Assembly: GCA_018401015.1 (NCBI GenBank)
Contig: JAGYLP010000001.1
Coordinates: forward strand, 206,463-270,462
Source of the DNA: Bacteroidales bacterium
GTDB taxonomy: Bacteria; Bacteroidota; Bacteroidia; Bacteroidales; M50B96
Direction of reading: 5' to 3'
Length of the DNA: 64,000 bases
The stretch's first letter is position 1. Each line of letters begins with the position of its first letter. Shown one piece after another: positions 51,577 through 59,524 of the stretch. The translations under genes were made by a program, and so were the position numbers. A model generated the notes under the pieces. That model was not told the origin of the DNA, searched no databases, and saw only the letters and a program-made list of their open reading frames with translations.

Positions 51577-52302
51577 ATGTTGCTACGAGCTGAAAATATT
51601 GTAAAGAAGTATAAGAAACGTACCGTTGTAAAAGGAGTTTCCATCGAAGTCAATCAGGGTGAGATTGTTGGTTTGCTCGGTCCAAACGGAGCCGGTAAAA
51701 CCACTAGCTTCTATATGATTGTGGGCTTGATAAAACCTTTTTCCGGCAGTATCTATATGGACGATATCGATATTACCGGAGAGCCGGTTTACCGGAGAGC
51801 TCAACGGGGTTTAGGCTATCTTGCTCAAGAGGCCTCTGTTTTTCGAAAACTAAGTGTAGAAGACAATATCTTTTCGGTACTCGAAATGACCAATCTCCCC
51901 AAAGCAGAACAAATCGAAACCACCGAACGATTGATTCAGGAATTTGGATTGGAAAAAATCCGAAAAAGTCTCGGGATTCAACTTTCCGGCGGAGAACGGC
52001 GGAGAACGGAAATTGCACGTGCTCTCGCCCTCAATCCTAAATTCATCTTGCTCGATGAACCATTCGCCGGTGTCGACCCCATTGCGGTAGAGGATATTCA
52101 GCAAATCATCAGTAAGCTACGCGAAAAAAATATCGGTATCCTTATCACCGATCATAATGTGCATGAAACCCTCTCTATTACCGATCGTGCTTACCTCCTT
52201 TTTGAAGGCTCGGTGCTTAAATCGGGAACAGCCGAAGAACTCTCGGAAGACGAACACGTTCGGAAAGTGTACTTAGGTCAAAACTTCGAATTGAGGAAAT
52301 AG
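51577..52302 (+). CDS. lptB: LPS export ABC transporter ATP-binding protein
   Basis: 241 aa with Walker A (GPNGAGKTT), signature (LSGGERRR) and Walker B ([12 protein letters not shown]). The C-terminal helix is LptB-like. Confidence 0.9.
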   Translation: MLLRAENIVKKYKKRTVVKGVSIEVNQGEIVGLLGPNGAGKTTSFYMIVGLIKPFSGSIYMDDIDITGEPVYRRAQRGLGYLAQEASVFRKLSVEDNIFSVLEMTNLPKAEQIETTERLIQEFGLEKIRKSLGIQLSGGERRRTEIARALALNPKFILLDEPFAGVDPIAVEDIQQIISKLREKNIGILITDHNVHETLSITDRAYLLFEGSVLKSGTAEELSEDEHVRKVYLGQNFELRK

Positions 52303-52416
52303 GCTGATAAACATTTTTGCTTTTCTCAGTGTTTTTCAGTTTATTAATGTCAACCGTTTTATATTTGTGCATCTAAGATGTACTTGCCGGAATGTCCCGG
52401 CTTCAAATTAATTTAC

Positions 52417-54501
52417 ATGCAACGATTATTATCCAGTATTTTTTTCATTCTTTTTCTATCTGTCCTATTTCCTACCGTAGGCTTATCTCAGGCCGATCAC
52501 CTTTGCGACCAACATCATCGTTGGGAAGAAGCAATTCAGGAGGATTCATCTGTCTATTATCGTCATCAGGAACTCGAAGCTTTTACTCGTGAGTATATTC
52601 AAACGCGTCAGGTTAACGAAGGCCTGAGAATTATTCCTGTCGTCTTTCATGTGATGCATGCTTATGGCGAAGAAAATATTAGCAAAGAGCAAATCCTCAA
52701 CGCAGTCGAAATCCTGAATCAGGACTTTCGTCGTAAAAACCCCGATACCAGTATTATTATCAATGCGTTTAAACCCCTTGCTACCGATTCCGAAATTGAA
52801 TTTCGCTTGGCTAAACTCGATCCTCAAGGAAATTGCACCGAAGGAATTGTTCGGGTTTATACCGATTTAGCGTATGCAGGTAGCGACGATCTAAAGGATT
52901 TTTCGCGCTGGCCACGAGGTAGTTATTTGAATATTTGGGTCGTTGGTTCAATCGCATCCGGCGCGGCAGGATATTCTTACTACCCAGGTATTGGTCCTGA
53001 TCGGGATGGAATTGTGATTCGACACGATTATGTGGGTGGAATCGGAACTTCTTCGCTTAATCGGAGCCACACACTTACTCACGAAGTCGGACATTATTTG
53101 AACTTAGCTCATCCTTGGGGTAATTCCAACGAACCGGGTCTTGCCGATAACTGTAATATCGACGATGGGGTAGAAGATACTCCACTAACCATCGGACATA
53201 CTAGCTGTAATTTGTCGGCAGTTACCTGTGGATCGCTCGATAATGTGCAGAATTTCATGGAATATTCTTATTGCACGAGAATGTTTACCCATGGTCAGGG
53301 TGCCAGGATGCAGGCTGCATTGGCCTCATCGATTAGCGAGCGGAATAGCTTATGGCAGGAAAGCAATCTCTTTGAAACCGGAACCCATCCTTTTTATCAG
53401 GCTCAGCCTTGTATCGCACAAGCCGACTTTTATGCTCCCCGTCGGATTATTTGCCCCGGAGAAGAAGTGCAGGTATTTGAACTCTCTTTCAATGGAGAGG
53501 TTGGAACTTTTGAATGGTATTTTCCCGGCGGGACACCTGAATTTTCCAACGAGCAAAATCCTTTTGTGCTTTACGAAAACCCCGGCGAATATCCGGTGCA
53601 ATTAAAAGTGATTAACCAGATGGGCGTCGATTCGCTTATCAAACAGGATTTTATTCAGGTAATTACTCAAGATCCCTCTATTCAACCTCCTTTAACAGAA
53701 AACTTTACTCCCGGTCAATTTCCACGATTCTCCGATTGGTCCGGATCCAATTGGATTCTGGAACAAAGCGGAAATGTAGGTTGGGAATACACCTCTACCG
53801 TCGGTTCCGATGCGGTAGGTGCACTTGTTGTCCGAAATTCCTACAACGAAGAGGGAGCGAAAAGTACGCTGCTTTCACCTCAAATCTTCTTGCCGGAAAA
53901 TACCGAAAGTGTTCAACTCAGTTTTGATTATGCATACGCGCAAGCATTTGAAGAGTCGGATGATGAATTTATCCTCTTTATCTCCAAAGATTGTGGTAAA
54001 ACCTGGCAGGTGCGATTCCTGCGAAGCGGGTATTTCCTTTCATCCACAGGAGGAGAAGTTACCTGGTTCAATTTTGTACCTTCCAACGAGGAATGGATTC
54101 ATGTAGAACGCGATCTCACGGCCAATGTCGATGCCGGAGGCTCTTTTCAGCTTAAATTTCAGATGATTAGTAGCCAAGGGAATAACTTCTTCCTCGATCA
54201 CATTAATTTGGGGATTACGCTTTCGGCCGATGAAGTGTTAGATACCGATTTTCAAGTTCGAGTTTACCCCAACCCAACTCATGGCGACGGTACCGTTGAA
54301 ATGATTAGTCCGTCGGCTGGTGCTGCTATAGTGCATTTAATGAGCCTGCAAGCCGGACTGATTCGTTCGATGCATACTGCTCTACTCCCCGGAAATAATC
54401 AACTTGCCTTGCAAGGTTTTGGAGAGTTGGCGGCTGGGGTTTATTTTATCAAAGTCGAAACAGAGTGGGGGACAATAACCCGCAAACTCATCGTTCAATA
54501 A
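52417..54501 (+). CDS. Secreted M43 (pappalysin/cytophagalysin-like) zinc metalloprotease with PKD-like domain and T9SS C-terminal domain
   Basis: The ATG at 52417 gives the signal peptide MQRLLSSIFFILFLSVLFP. The metzincin motif is HEVGHYLNLAHPWG. The CTD-like tail is VRVYPNPTHGDG...GVYFIKVETEWG. Confidence 0.7.
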   Translation: MQRLLSSIFFILFLSVLFPTVGLSQADHLCDQHHRWEEAIQEDSSVYYRHQELEAFTREYIQTRQVNEGLRIIPVVFHVMHAYGEENISKEQILNAVEILNQDFRRKNPDTSIIINAFKPLATDSEIEFRLAKLDPQGNCTEGIVRVYTDLAYAGSDDLKDFSRWPRGSYLNIWVVGSIASGAAGYSYYPGIGPDRDGIVIRHDYVGGIGTSSLNRSHTLTHEVGHYLNLAHPWGNSNEPGLADNCNIDDGVEDTPLTIGHTSCNLSAVTCGSLDNVQNFMEYSYCTRMFTHGQGARMQAALASSISERNSLWQESNLFETGTHPFYQAQPCIAQADFYAPRRIICPGEEVQVFELSFNGEVGTFEWYFPGGTPEFSNEQNPFVLYENPGEYPVQLKVINQMGVDSLIKQDFIQVITQDPSIQPPLTENFTPGQFPRFSDWSGSNWILEQSGNVGWEYTSTVGSDAVGALVVRNSYNEEGAKSTLLSPQIFLPENTESVQLSFDYAYAQAFEESDDEFILFISKDCGKTWQVRFLRSGYFLSSTGGEVTWFNFVPSNEEWIHVERDLTANVDAGGSFQLKFQMISSQGNNFFLDHINLGITLSADEVLDTDFQVRVYPNPTHGDGTVEMISPSAGAAIVHLMSLQAGLIRSMHTALLPGNNQLALQGFGELAAGVYFIKVETEWGTITRKLIVQ

Positions 54502-54540
54502 TCGCTGCTTAGTTTCTCTATTCCGTCTGCGGGATAGCAT

Positions 54541-54581
54541 AAAAAAAACGGTAAACCCATTCATCGGTTTACCGTTTTTTT
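54541..54581. terminator. Bidirectional rho-independent terminator between convergent genes
   Basis: Stem CGGTAAACC (54549-54557) pairing with GGTTTACCG (54566-54574). It is flanked by A8 upstream and T7 downstream, so it can serve both strands. Confidence 0.75.
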
Positions 54582-54598
54582 ATGGATTAAAATACCAA

Positions 54599-54778
54599 TT
54601 AGTTCGTGCTGCAGGAATCAGTTCCGCAGCCACAAGCAACGCGATCGTCTCCTAAGTCGGCAGCCGCCTGGCAACTTCCGCCAGAGATTCCCTTTTTGGA
54701 GAAGAATAATTTTAAAGCGAGTCCTGAAAGAGCCAGCGTCATTAGGCCTAGAGCGAATAAAAGCAGTTTGATATACAT
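54599..54778 (-). CDS. nqrM: (Na+)-NQR maturation protein NqrM-like small Cys-rich membrane protein
   Basis: The ATG at 54778 gives 59 aa: one TM helix, then KKGISGGSC-x12-CGC-x4-C. This resembles the Vibrio NqrM pattern (K..I.GSCGG...C.C...C) recalled from memory. The alternative is a FeoB-associated Cys-rich membrane protein. Confidence 0.5.
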   Translation of the reverse strand: MYIKLLLFALGLMTLALSGLALKLFFSKKGISGGSCQAAADLGDDRVACGCGTDSCSTN

Positions 54779-54859
54779 ACGATGAGTTTTTCGGAATAAA
54801 AGATTCAATAGTATTATTTAAAGTTCTAACAAAGGAGGATGATTTCGGTTCAGTGTTGC

Positions 54860-55186
54860 TTAGGATTCGGCGAGCCGAAGGTTCCGGTAGTCGGTTTTAG
54901 AGGGCAAATCCTCGTCGTCGATGGGAATGTTTTGCATAATTAATCGTTGCTCTTCGGCAGCAGCTTTGAGGCGCTTGTAGTATTGCTTTCGCTCTATTAC
55001 ATCCTGTGTTTTAACGCAGTACACTTTTTTCTTTCGCATCAAACGGTTATGACCAATCCGATGTTCCGGGAATTCACCGTCTTTTTTAAACAGGATTTTA
55101 ACTGCGAGGCCCAGAAAAATAAGGGCGACAAAAGCAATGGTGATACCAAGGAATACGAGTAATTGCATAGCATGAAATTTATCCAT
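54860..55186 (-). CDS. Hypothetical single-TM membrane protein, co-directional with and upstream of the nqrM-like gene
   Basis: 108 aa (or 102 aa from M7 at 55168) with one TM helix and a basic cytoplasmic tail. No family was recognised. Confidence 0.4.
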   Translation of the reverse strand: MDKFHAMQLLVFLGITIAFVALIFLGLAVKILFKKDGEFPEHRIGHNRLMRKKKVYCVKTQDVIERKQYYKRLKAAAEEQRLIMQNIPIDDEDLPSKTDYRNLRLAES

Positions 55187-55451
55187 ACAAAACTAATCGT
55201 AAAAGCTTATAGAAGAATCGGCAATACAGGAAATTGGAGCTATTTTACGACATGTTTTTCAGGTAAGGTTTAGGGCTGTTGGCGTGTGCAGGAAAGTAGG
55301 GGGATAAAAAAGCCATCTTTTATGAACATTCATTACAGGTGTATGTTTGGGAGTTAAGCAATTTTAAAATCCATAAGGTGTAGAATGCTTTCAAAATTTA
55401 CATCTTTGCCCTTCAAATTTTTTAAGGGTTTTAACACTAAAAATCAATCAT

Positions 55452-57872
55452 ATGTCAACTAAAAAGGCAAAAAAAATCGATGAGAATTACAAGAAGGAGG
55501 TCATGGCCGATTACTACCTTGCAAATGTAAGTAGGAATTGTTCTGTGATTGGTCGTAAAGAGGTTCTCACCGGTAAGGCTAAATTTGGGATTTTTGGCGA
55601 CGGAAAAGAGGTGGCTCAAATAGCCTTAGCAAAAACATTTCAAAATGGCGATTGGCGCTCGGGTTATTACCGCGACCAAACTTGGATGATGGCTGTAGGG
55701 CTTTTCTCACCCGAAGAATTTTTCTACCAACTGTATGGTGAAACCAATGCCGAATTAAGTCCAAGTAATGGTGGCCGTTCTTTTAATAACCACTTTGGTA
55801 GCCGTTCCATCAATCCGGATGGAAGCTGGAAAGATTTAACGAAACAGCCAAATACCTCGGCCGATATTTCTCCCACAGCTGGTCAAATGCCCCGCTTACT
55901 CGGTTTAGCCTGGGCCTCGAAATTATTCCGCGAGAATAAAGAATTGCATCAATACAGCACCCTATCCAACCAAGGAAATGAAGTAGCTTTTGGTTCTATT
56001 GGCGACGCTAGTACTTCCGAAGGTCATTTCTGGGAAACAATCAATGCTGCCGGGGTGCTGCAAGTTCCCATGGCCATTTCTATTTGGGACGATGGATACG
56101 GTATTTCCGTTCCTCAAAAATATCAAACAACGAAACAGAATATTTCTGCTCTTTTAAAAGGATTTCAAACCGACGAAGACGGACAAGGATACGAGATTTA
56201 CAAAGTGAAAGGTTGGGATTATCCATCCCTGGTTGCTACCTATCAGGAAGCGATTGGCAAATGTAGAACCGAGCATGTTCCGGTCGCTATTCACGTTACC
56301 GAAGTTTCTCAGCCTCAAGGGCACTCCACCTCAGGTTCGCACGAACGCTATAAGACGGAAGAACGTCTTCAATGGGAAATCGATTTCGACCCGATTCGGA
56401 AAATGCGCGAATGGATTTTAGCCGAAGGAATTGCAACCGTCGAAGAACTAGATCAAGTCGAAAAAGAATCGATGGATCGTACTAAAAAAGCTCGTAAAGA
56501 AGCTTGGGAGAAATTTAAGGCACCCATCGAAGCCGAACGCAAAAACCTAATCAGCATCATGGAAAATCGCTCTTGCCGTTGCAAACGCGAAGGTGTCGAT
56601 AAAGCTGGAATGGTCGTAGCCGAATTGAAAAAAATTATCTCTCCCATTCGCCGCGATAACTTCTCTGCTGCTAAAAAAGTGCTGCGTCACGTCTGCCTGG
56701 ATTGCAATATTCGCGAAAAACTTCAATCCGATTTGAGTGAATGGCTCGAACGCAACTATGAAGACAATCGAGTTCGTTACAACAGCAAATTATATGTCGA
56801 AGACGAAACTTCTGCCTTGAAAGTGGAAGGAGTAAAACCTGTTTTCACCGAGAACTCTCCATTGGTTGCCGGTCGTGAAGTGCTGCGCGACAATTGGGAT
56901 TACATTTTTGCCAATAATCCCAAAGTGGTCATTTTTGGCGAAGATGCCGGAAAGATTGGTGGTGTGAACCAATCGCTCGAAGGACTTCAGCAAAAGTATG
57001 GCGAATTGCGCGTGATGGATACCGGAATCCGTGAAAATACCATCATGGGACAAGGAATGGGATTAGCCTTAAGAGGTTTGCGTCCGATTACCGAAATTCA
57101 GTATTTCGATTATCTCTTGTACGCACTTCAAACCATGAGCGACGACCTTGCAACGACTCATTATCGTACTGTTGGAGGACAAAAAATTCCAATCATTGTA
57201 AGTACTCGTGGTCACCGATTAGAAGGAATCTGGCATTCCGGGTCTCCTTTGAGCATGGTAATTAATTCCATTCGTGGTGTTTACGTTTGCGTACCTCGCA
57301 ACATGACACAGGCTGCCGGTTTCTACAACACTCTGCTTCAAGGCGAAGATCCAGCCTTAGTGATTGAACCATTGAATGGTTATCGTTTGAAAGAAGTTCG
57401 TCCGGATAATATTGGTGAGTACCGTATTCCATTGGGCGTTCCGGAAATTATGCACGAAGGTAAAGATGTAACCGTGGTTACTTATGGTTCTTGCGTAAGA
57501 ATTGCTCAGGATGCAGTTGAACAATTGAAAGAATTCAATATTTCGGTTGAATTAATCGACGTTCAAACCTTATTGCCTTTCGATGTGAATCACATGATAC
57601 TGGATTCCATCAAAAAGACCGGTAGGGTGCTCTTCTTCGACGAAGATGTCCCTGGAGGTGGTACTGCTTTCATGATGCAAAAAGTACTCGAAGAACAGGG
57701 TGCTTTCTACCATCTCGATGCTGAGCCTCGAACCTTGGCCGCTCAGGAACACCGTCCTGCTTATGCTACCGATGGCGACTACTTCTCAAATCCAAATGCT
57801 GAGGATGTTTTCGAAAGTGTTTATCAGATGATGCACGAATCGAATCCGGTGAAGTATCCAAAATTGTACTAA
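55452..57872 (+). CDS. Fused E1 alpha/beta subunit of a TPP-dependent 2-oxoacid (branched-chain-type) dehydrogenase
   Basis: 806 aa. The N-terminal half is E1-alpha-like (GSIGDASTSEGHFWE TPP-binding region). The C-terminal half is E1-beta/transketolase-pyrimidine-like (RVMDTGIRENTIMG). A ~100-aa linker separates them. Confidence 0.8.
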   Translation: MSTKKAKKIDENYKKEVMADYYLANVSRNCSVIGRKEVLTGKAKFGIFGDGKEVAQIALAKTFQNGDWRSGYYRDQTWMMAVGLFSPEEFFYQLYGETNAELSPSNGGRSFNNHFGSRSINPDGSWKDLTKQPNTSADISPTAGQMPRLLGLAWASKLFRENKELHQYSTLSNQGNEVAFGSIGDASTSEGHFWETINAAGVLQVPMAISIWDDGYGISVPQKYQTTKQNISALLKGFQTDEDGQGYEIYKVKGWDYPSLVATYQEAIGKCRTEHVPVAIHVTEVSQPQGHSTSGSHERYKTEERLQWEIDFDPIRKMREWILAEGIATVEELDQVEKESMDRTKKARKEAWEKFKAPIEAERKNLISIMENRSCRCKREGVDKAGMVVAELKKIISPIRRDNFSAAKKVLRHVCLDCNIREKLQSDLSEWLERNYEDNRVRYNSKLYVEDETSALKVEGVKPVFTENSPLVAGREVLRDNWDYIFANNPKVVIFGEDAGKIGGVNQSLEGLQQKYGELRVMDTGIRENTIMGQGMGLALRGLRPITEIQYFDYLLYALQTMSDDLATTHYRTVGGQKIPIIVSTRGHRLEGIWHSGSPLSMVINSIRGVYVCVPRNMTQAAGFYNTLLQGEDPALVIEPLNGYRLKEVRPDNIGEYRIPLGVPEIMHEGKDVTVVTYGSCVRIAQDAVEQLKEFNISVELIDVQTLLPFDVNHMILDSIKKTGRVLFFDEDVPGGGTAFMMQKVLEEQGAFYHLDAEPRTLAAQEHRPAYATDGDYFSNPNAEDVFESVYQMMHESNPVKYPKLY

Positions 57873-57908
57873 GTAAGAGTTTCTAAGAGAACCACACCCA
57901 TTATAAGA

Positions 57909-57953
57909 AAAGCTGAAAGCTGCCCAATGGCCGTTTTCAGCTTTCTTTTTTTT
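57909..57953 (+). terminator. Rho-independent terminator after the E1 gene
   Basis: Stem AAAGCTGAAA (57909-57918) pairing with TTTCAGCTTT (57935-57944), followed by CTTTTTTTTT. Confidence 0.7.
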
Positions 57954-57970
57954 AAGGAATTTGCGTCGAT

Positions 57971-58078
57971 GGCGGAAGCCAGCAACAACGAACTGCCGCG
58001 CGACTCATGGCGCGTGGCTTCTTTGGCGAAAGCCATCAACAACGAACTGCCGCGCGACTCATGGCGCGTGGCTTCTTT
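57971..58078. repeat. 54-nt module pair 1 (H1 57971-58024, H2 58025-58078)
   Basis: The module reads GGCGRAAGCCAKCAACAACGAACTGCCGCGCGACTCATGGCGCGTGGCTTCTTT, present twice in tandem. Confidence 0.9.
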
Positions 58079-58096
58079 CCAGTTCAAGGAAAAACT

Positions 58097-58156
58097 CTGC
58101 GCTCTTTGCGTGAACCTTTGCGTTCTTTGCGTGAACCTTTGCGCTCTTTTAAACCT
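58097..58156. repeat. Tandem short-unit array 1 (21+21+18 nt)
   Basis: The three units are CTGCGCTCTTTGCGTGAACCT, TTGCGTTCTTTGCGTGAACCT and TTGCGCTCTTTTAAACCT. Confidence 0.9.
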
Positions 58157-58201
58157 TAGCGCCCTTGAAGCGAGGGAGCGACTTGGGCGACTTGGCAAAG
58201 A

Positions 58202-58309
58202 GGCGAAAGCCAGCAACAACGAACTGCCGCGCGACTCCGGTCGCGTGGCTACTTTGGCGAAAGCCATCAACAACGAACTGCCGCGCGACTCATGGCGCGT
58301 GGCTTCTTT
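58202..58309. repeat. 54-nt module pair 2 (H3 58202-58255, H4 58256-58309)
   Basis: Same module as pair 1. The H3 apical loop is ACTCCGGT and the H4 loop is ACTCATGG. Confidence 0.9.
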
Positions 58310-58327
58310 CCAGTTCAAGGAAAAACT

Positions 58328-58467
58328 CTGCGTCCTTTGCGGATCCTCTGCGGTCATTGCGTGAACCTCTGCGGTCATTGCGTGAACCTCTGCGCTCTTT
58401 GCGTGAACCTCTGCGCTCTTTGCGTGAACCTTTGCGTTCTTTTAAACCTTTGCGTTCTTTTAAACCT
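58328..58467. repeat. Tandem short-unit array 2 (20+21x4+18x2 nt, 7 units)
   Basis: The units are CTGCGTCCTTTGCGGATCCT, CTGCGGTCATTGCGTGAACCT (x2), CTGCGCTCTTTGCGTGAACCT (x2) and TTGCGTTCTTTTAAACCT (x2). Confidence 0.9.
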
Positions 58468-58509
58468 TAGCGCCCTTGAAGCGCGATGACTTGGGCGACT
58501 TGGCAAAGA

Positions 58510-58612
58510 GGCGAAAGCCATCAACAACGAAACCGCCGCGCGACCCGGTCGCGTGGCTACTTTGGCGAAAGCCATCAACAACGAACTGCCGCGCGACTCC
58601 GGGCGCGTGGCA
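58510..58612. repeat. 54-nt module pair 3 (H5 58510-58563, H6 58564-58612, H6 truncated)
   Basis: Same module as pair 1. The H5 loop is ACCCGGT and the H6 loop is ACTCCGGG. The array ends 12 nt before the stop codon of the minus-strand gene at 58624. Confidence 0.9.
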
Positions 58613-58623
58613 ATCATTCTAGT

Positions 58624-59361
58624 TTATTCTTCCGTTTCCCATTTAAGTACATTTCCCAGGTCGTAGGTTATGCCGGCCGAAAAATGGAGATAAATCAATT
58701 GATTGAGGGATCGATTTGCTGCAATATCGAATTTCTCCTGTGGATTATTATTTAGGTCGGCTCGAATTCCGGCTAATATTTTAAAGGACATGTCCCGATC
58801 GATGCGGAAGGTGAATCCGGTTCGGGCCATCACACTAAGCACTCCGTACGACATCTGTTGATTGGCATAACCCGCTCCATCCCACACCCGCTCGAATGCT
58901 TCGGGTCCATCGGGAGTGCTGTACCATTCATACTCCTTAATCGTTCCTTGCATCGAGTTGTAAACCATCCAACCCAAAGCAGGACCAGCGCTCAGAAAGT
59001 ATTGAATTCGATTTCCTGTTTCGTATTCCATTAAATACGACACAAAAAGCTGATTAAAATGAACGCTTAGGTCGGAATTTCCCCAAGTATTATTTTCCTC
59101 CCATTCCGAGCGAAAGTCGAAGGCCGACAGGCTATAATCGAGCCCGAACACATTGCTTACTCCCCGATCGTTCGAATATTTCAGTTCGCCGCCCAGCACA
59201 GCTCCACCCTTGTAATCAAATTGAGTAAGTAGGTGAGTGTCATCTACTTGTGTCGTGTTGTAAATATTGTGCAGGTAGCCACCATGCACGCTGAGAATTT
59301 GTTGAGAAAAGCTATTTAAACTCCAAAAAAATAGCGCTAATAAGAGTACAAGGTTTTTCAT
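58624..59361 (-). CDS. Hypothetical secreted / outer-membrane beta-barrel-like protein
   Basis: 245 aa with a signal peptide (MKNLVLLLALFFWSLNSFSQQ) and alternating Y/G/S-rich strands. No specific family was recognised. Confidence 0.45.
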   Translation of the reverse strand: MKNLVLLLALFFWSLNSFSQQILSVHGGYLHNIYNTTQVDDTHLLTQFDYKGGAVLGGELKYSNDRGVSNVFGLDYSLSAFDFRSEWEENNTWGNSDLSVHFNQLFVSYLMEYETGNRIQYFLSAGPALGWMVYNSMQGTIKEYEWYSTPDGPEAFERVWDGAGYANQQMSYGVLSVMARTGFTFRIDRDMSFKILAGIRADLNNNPQEKFDIAANRSLNQLIYLHFSAGITYDLGNVLKWETEE

Positions 59362-59524
59362 CGTTTTCGGTTCTTAATACAACTCACCTGTTAAAGATAA
59401 GTTTTCCCGAATTACAAAACGGTTAGCATGGTAAAAATATGATTTGATAGGTAGAGTTTACGCTTTTTCGTAATATCGGGCATTCTTAATACGATAGTTT
59501 TTACCCAACTAAAACGCTTGCCTT

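Larger units (their letters stand above)
57959..58612. repeat. Composite GC-rich nested direct-repeat array (about 2.5 higher-order units of 231 and 308 nt)
   Basis: Read directly from the sequence. Each unit is a pair of 54-nt modules, the linker CCAGTTCAAGGAAAAACT, tandem 21/18-nt units, TAGCGCCCTTGAAGCG and GACTTGGGCGACTTGGCAAAGA. This order occurs twice, followed by a third module pair. There are no unique spacers. Confidence 0.9.

Noticed and set aside
57959-58612. A CRISPR-array interpretation of the repeat region.
   Set aside because: The repeats abut each other or are separated by sequences that are themselves repeated. No unique spacers exist. Unit sizes and organisation are wrong for CRISPR, and no cas genes or leader are in the window.
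57869-58617. ORFs in four frames across the repeat array: minus 57869-58378 and 58375-58617, plus 57927-58364 and 58165-58470. Their repetitive translations include ATRHESRGSSLLMAFAK and QRFTQRAQRFTQ.
   Set aside because: The repeat unit lengths (54, 21 and 18 nt) are multiples of three, so any frame lacking a stop in one unit stays open through the array. Several frames on both strands are open at once. The minus ORF runs through the E1 terminator hairpin, and the products are low-complexity. Coding cannot be formally excluded without expression data.
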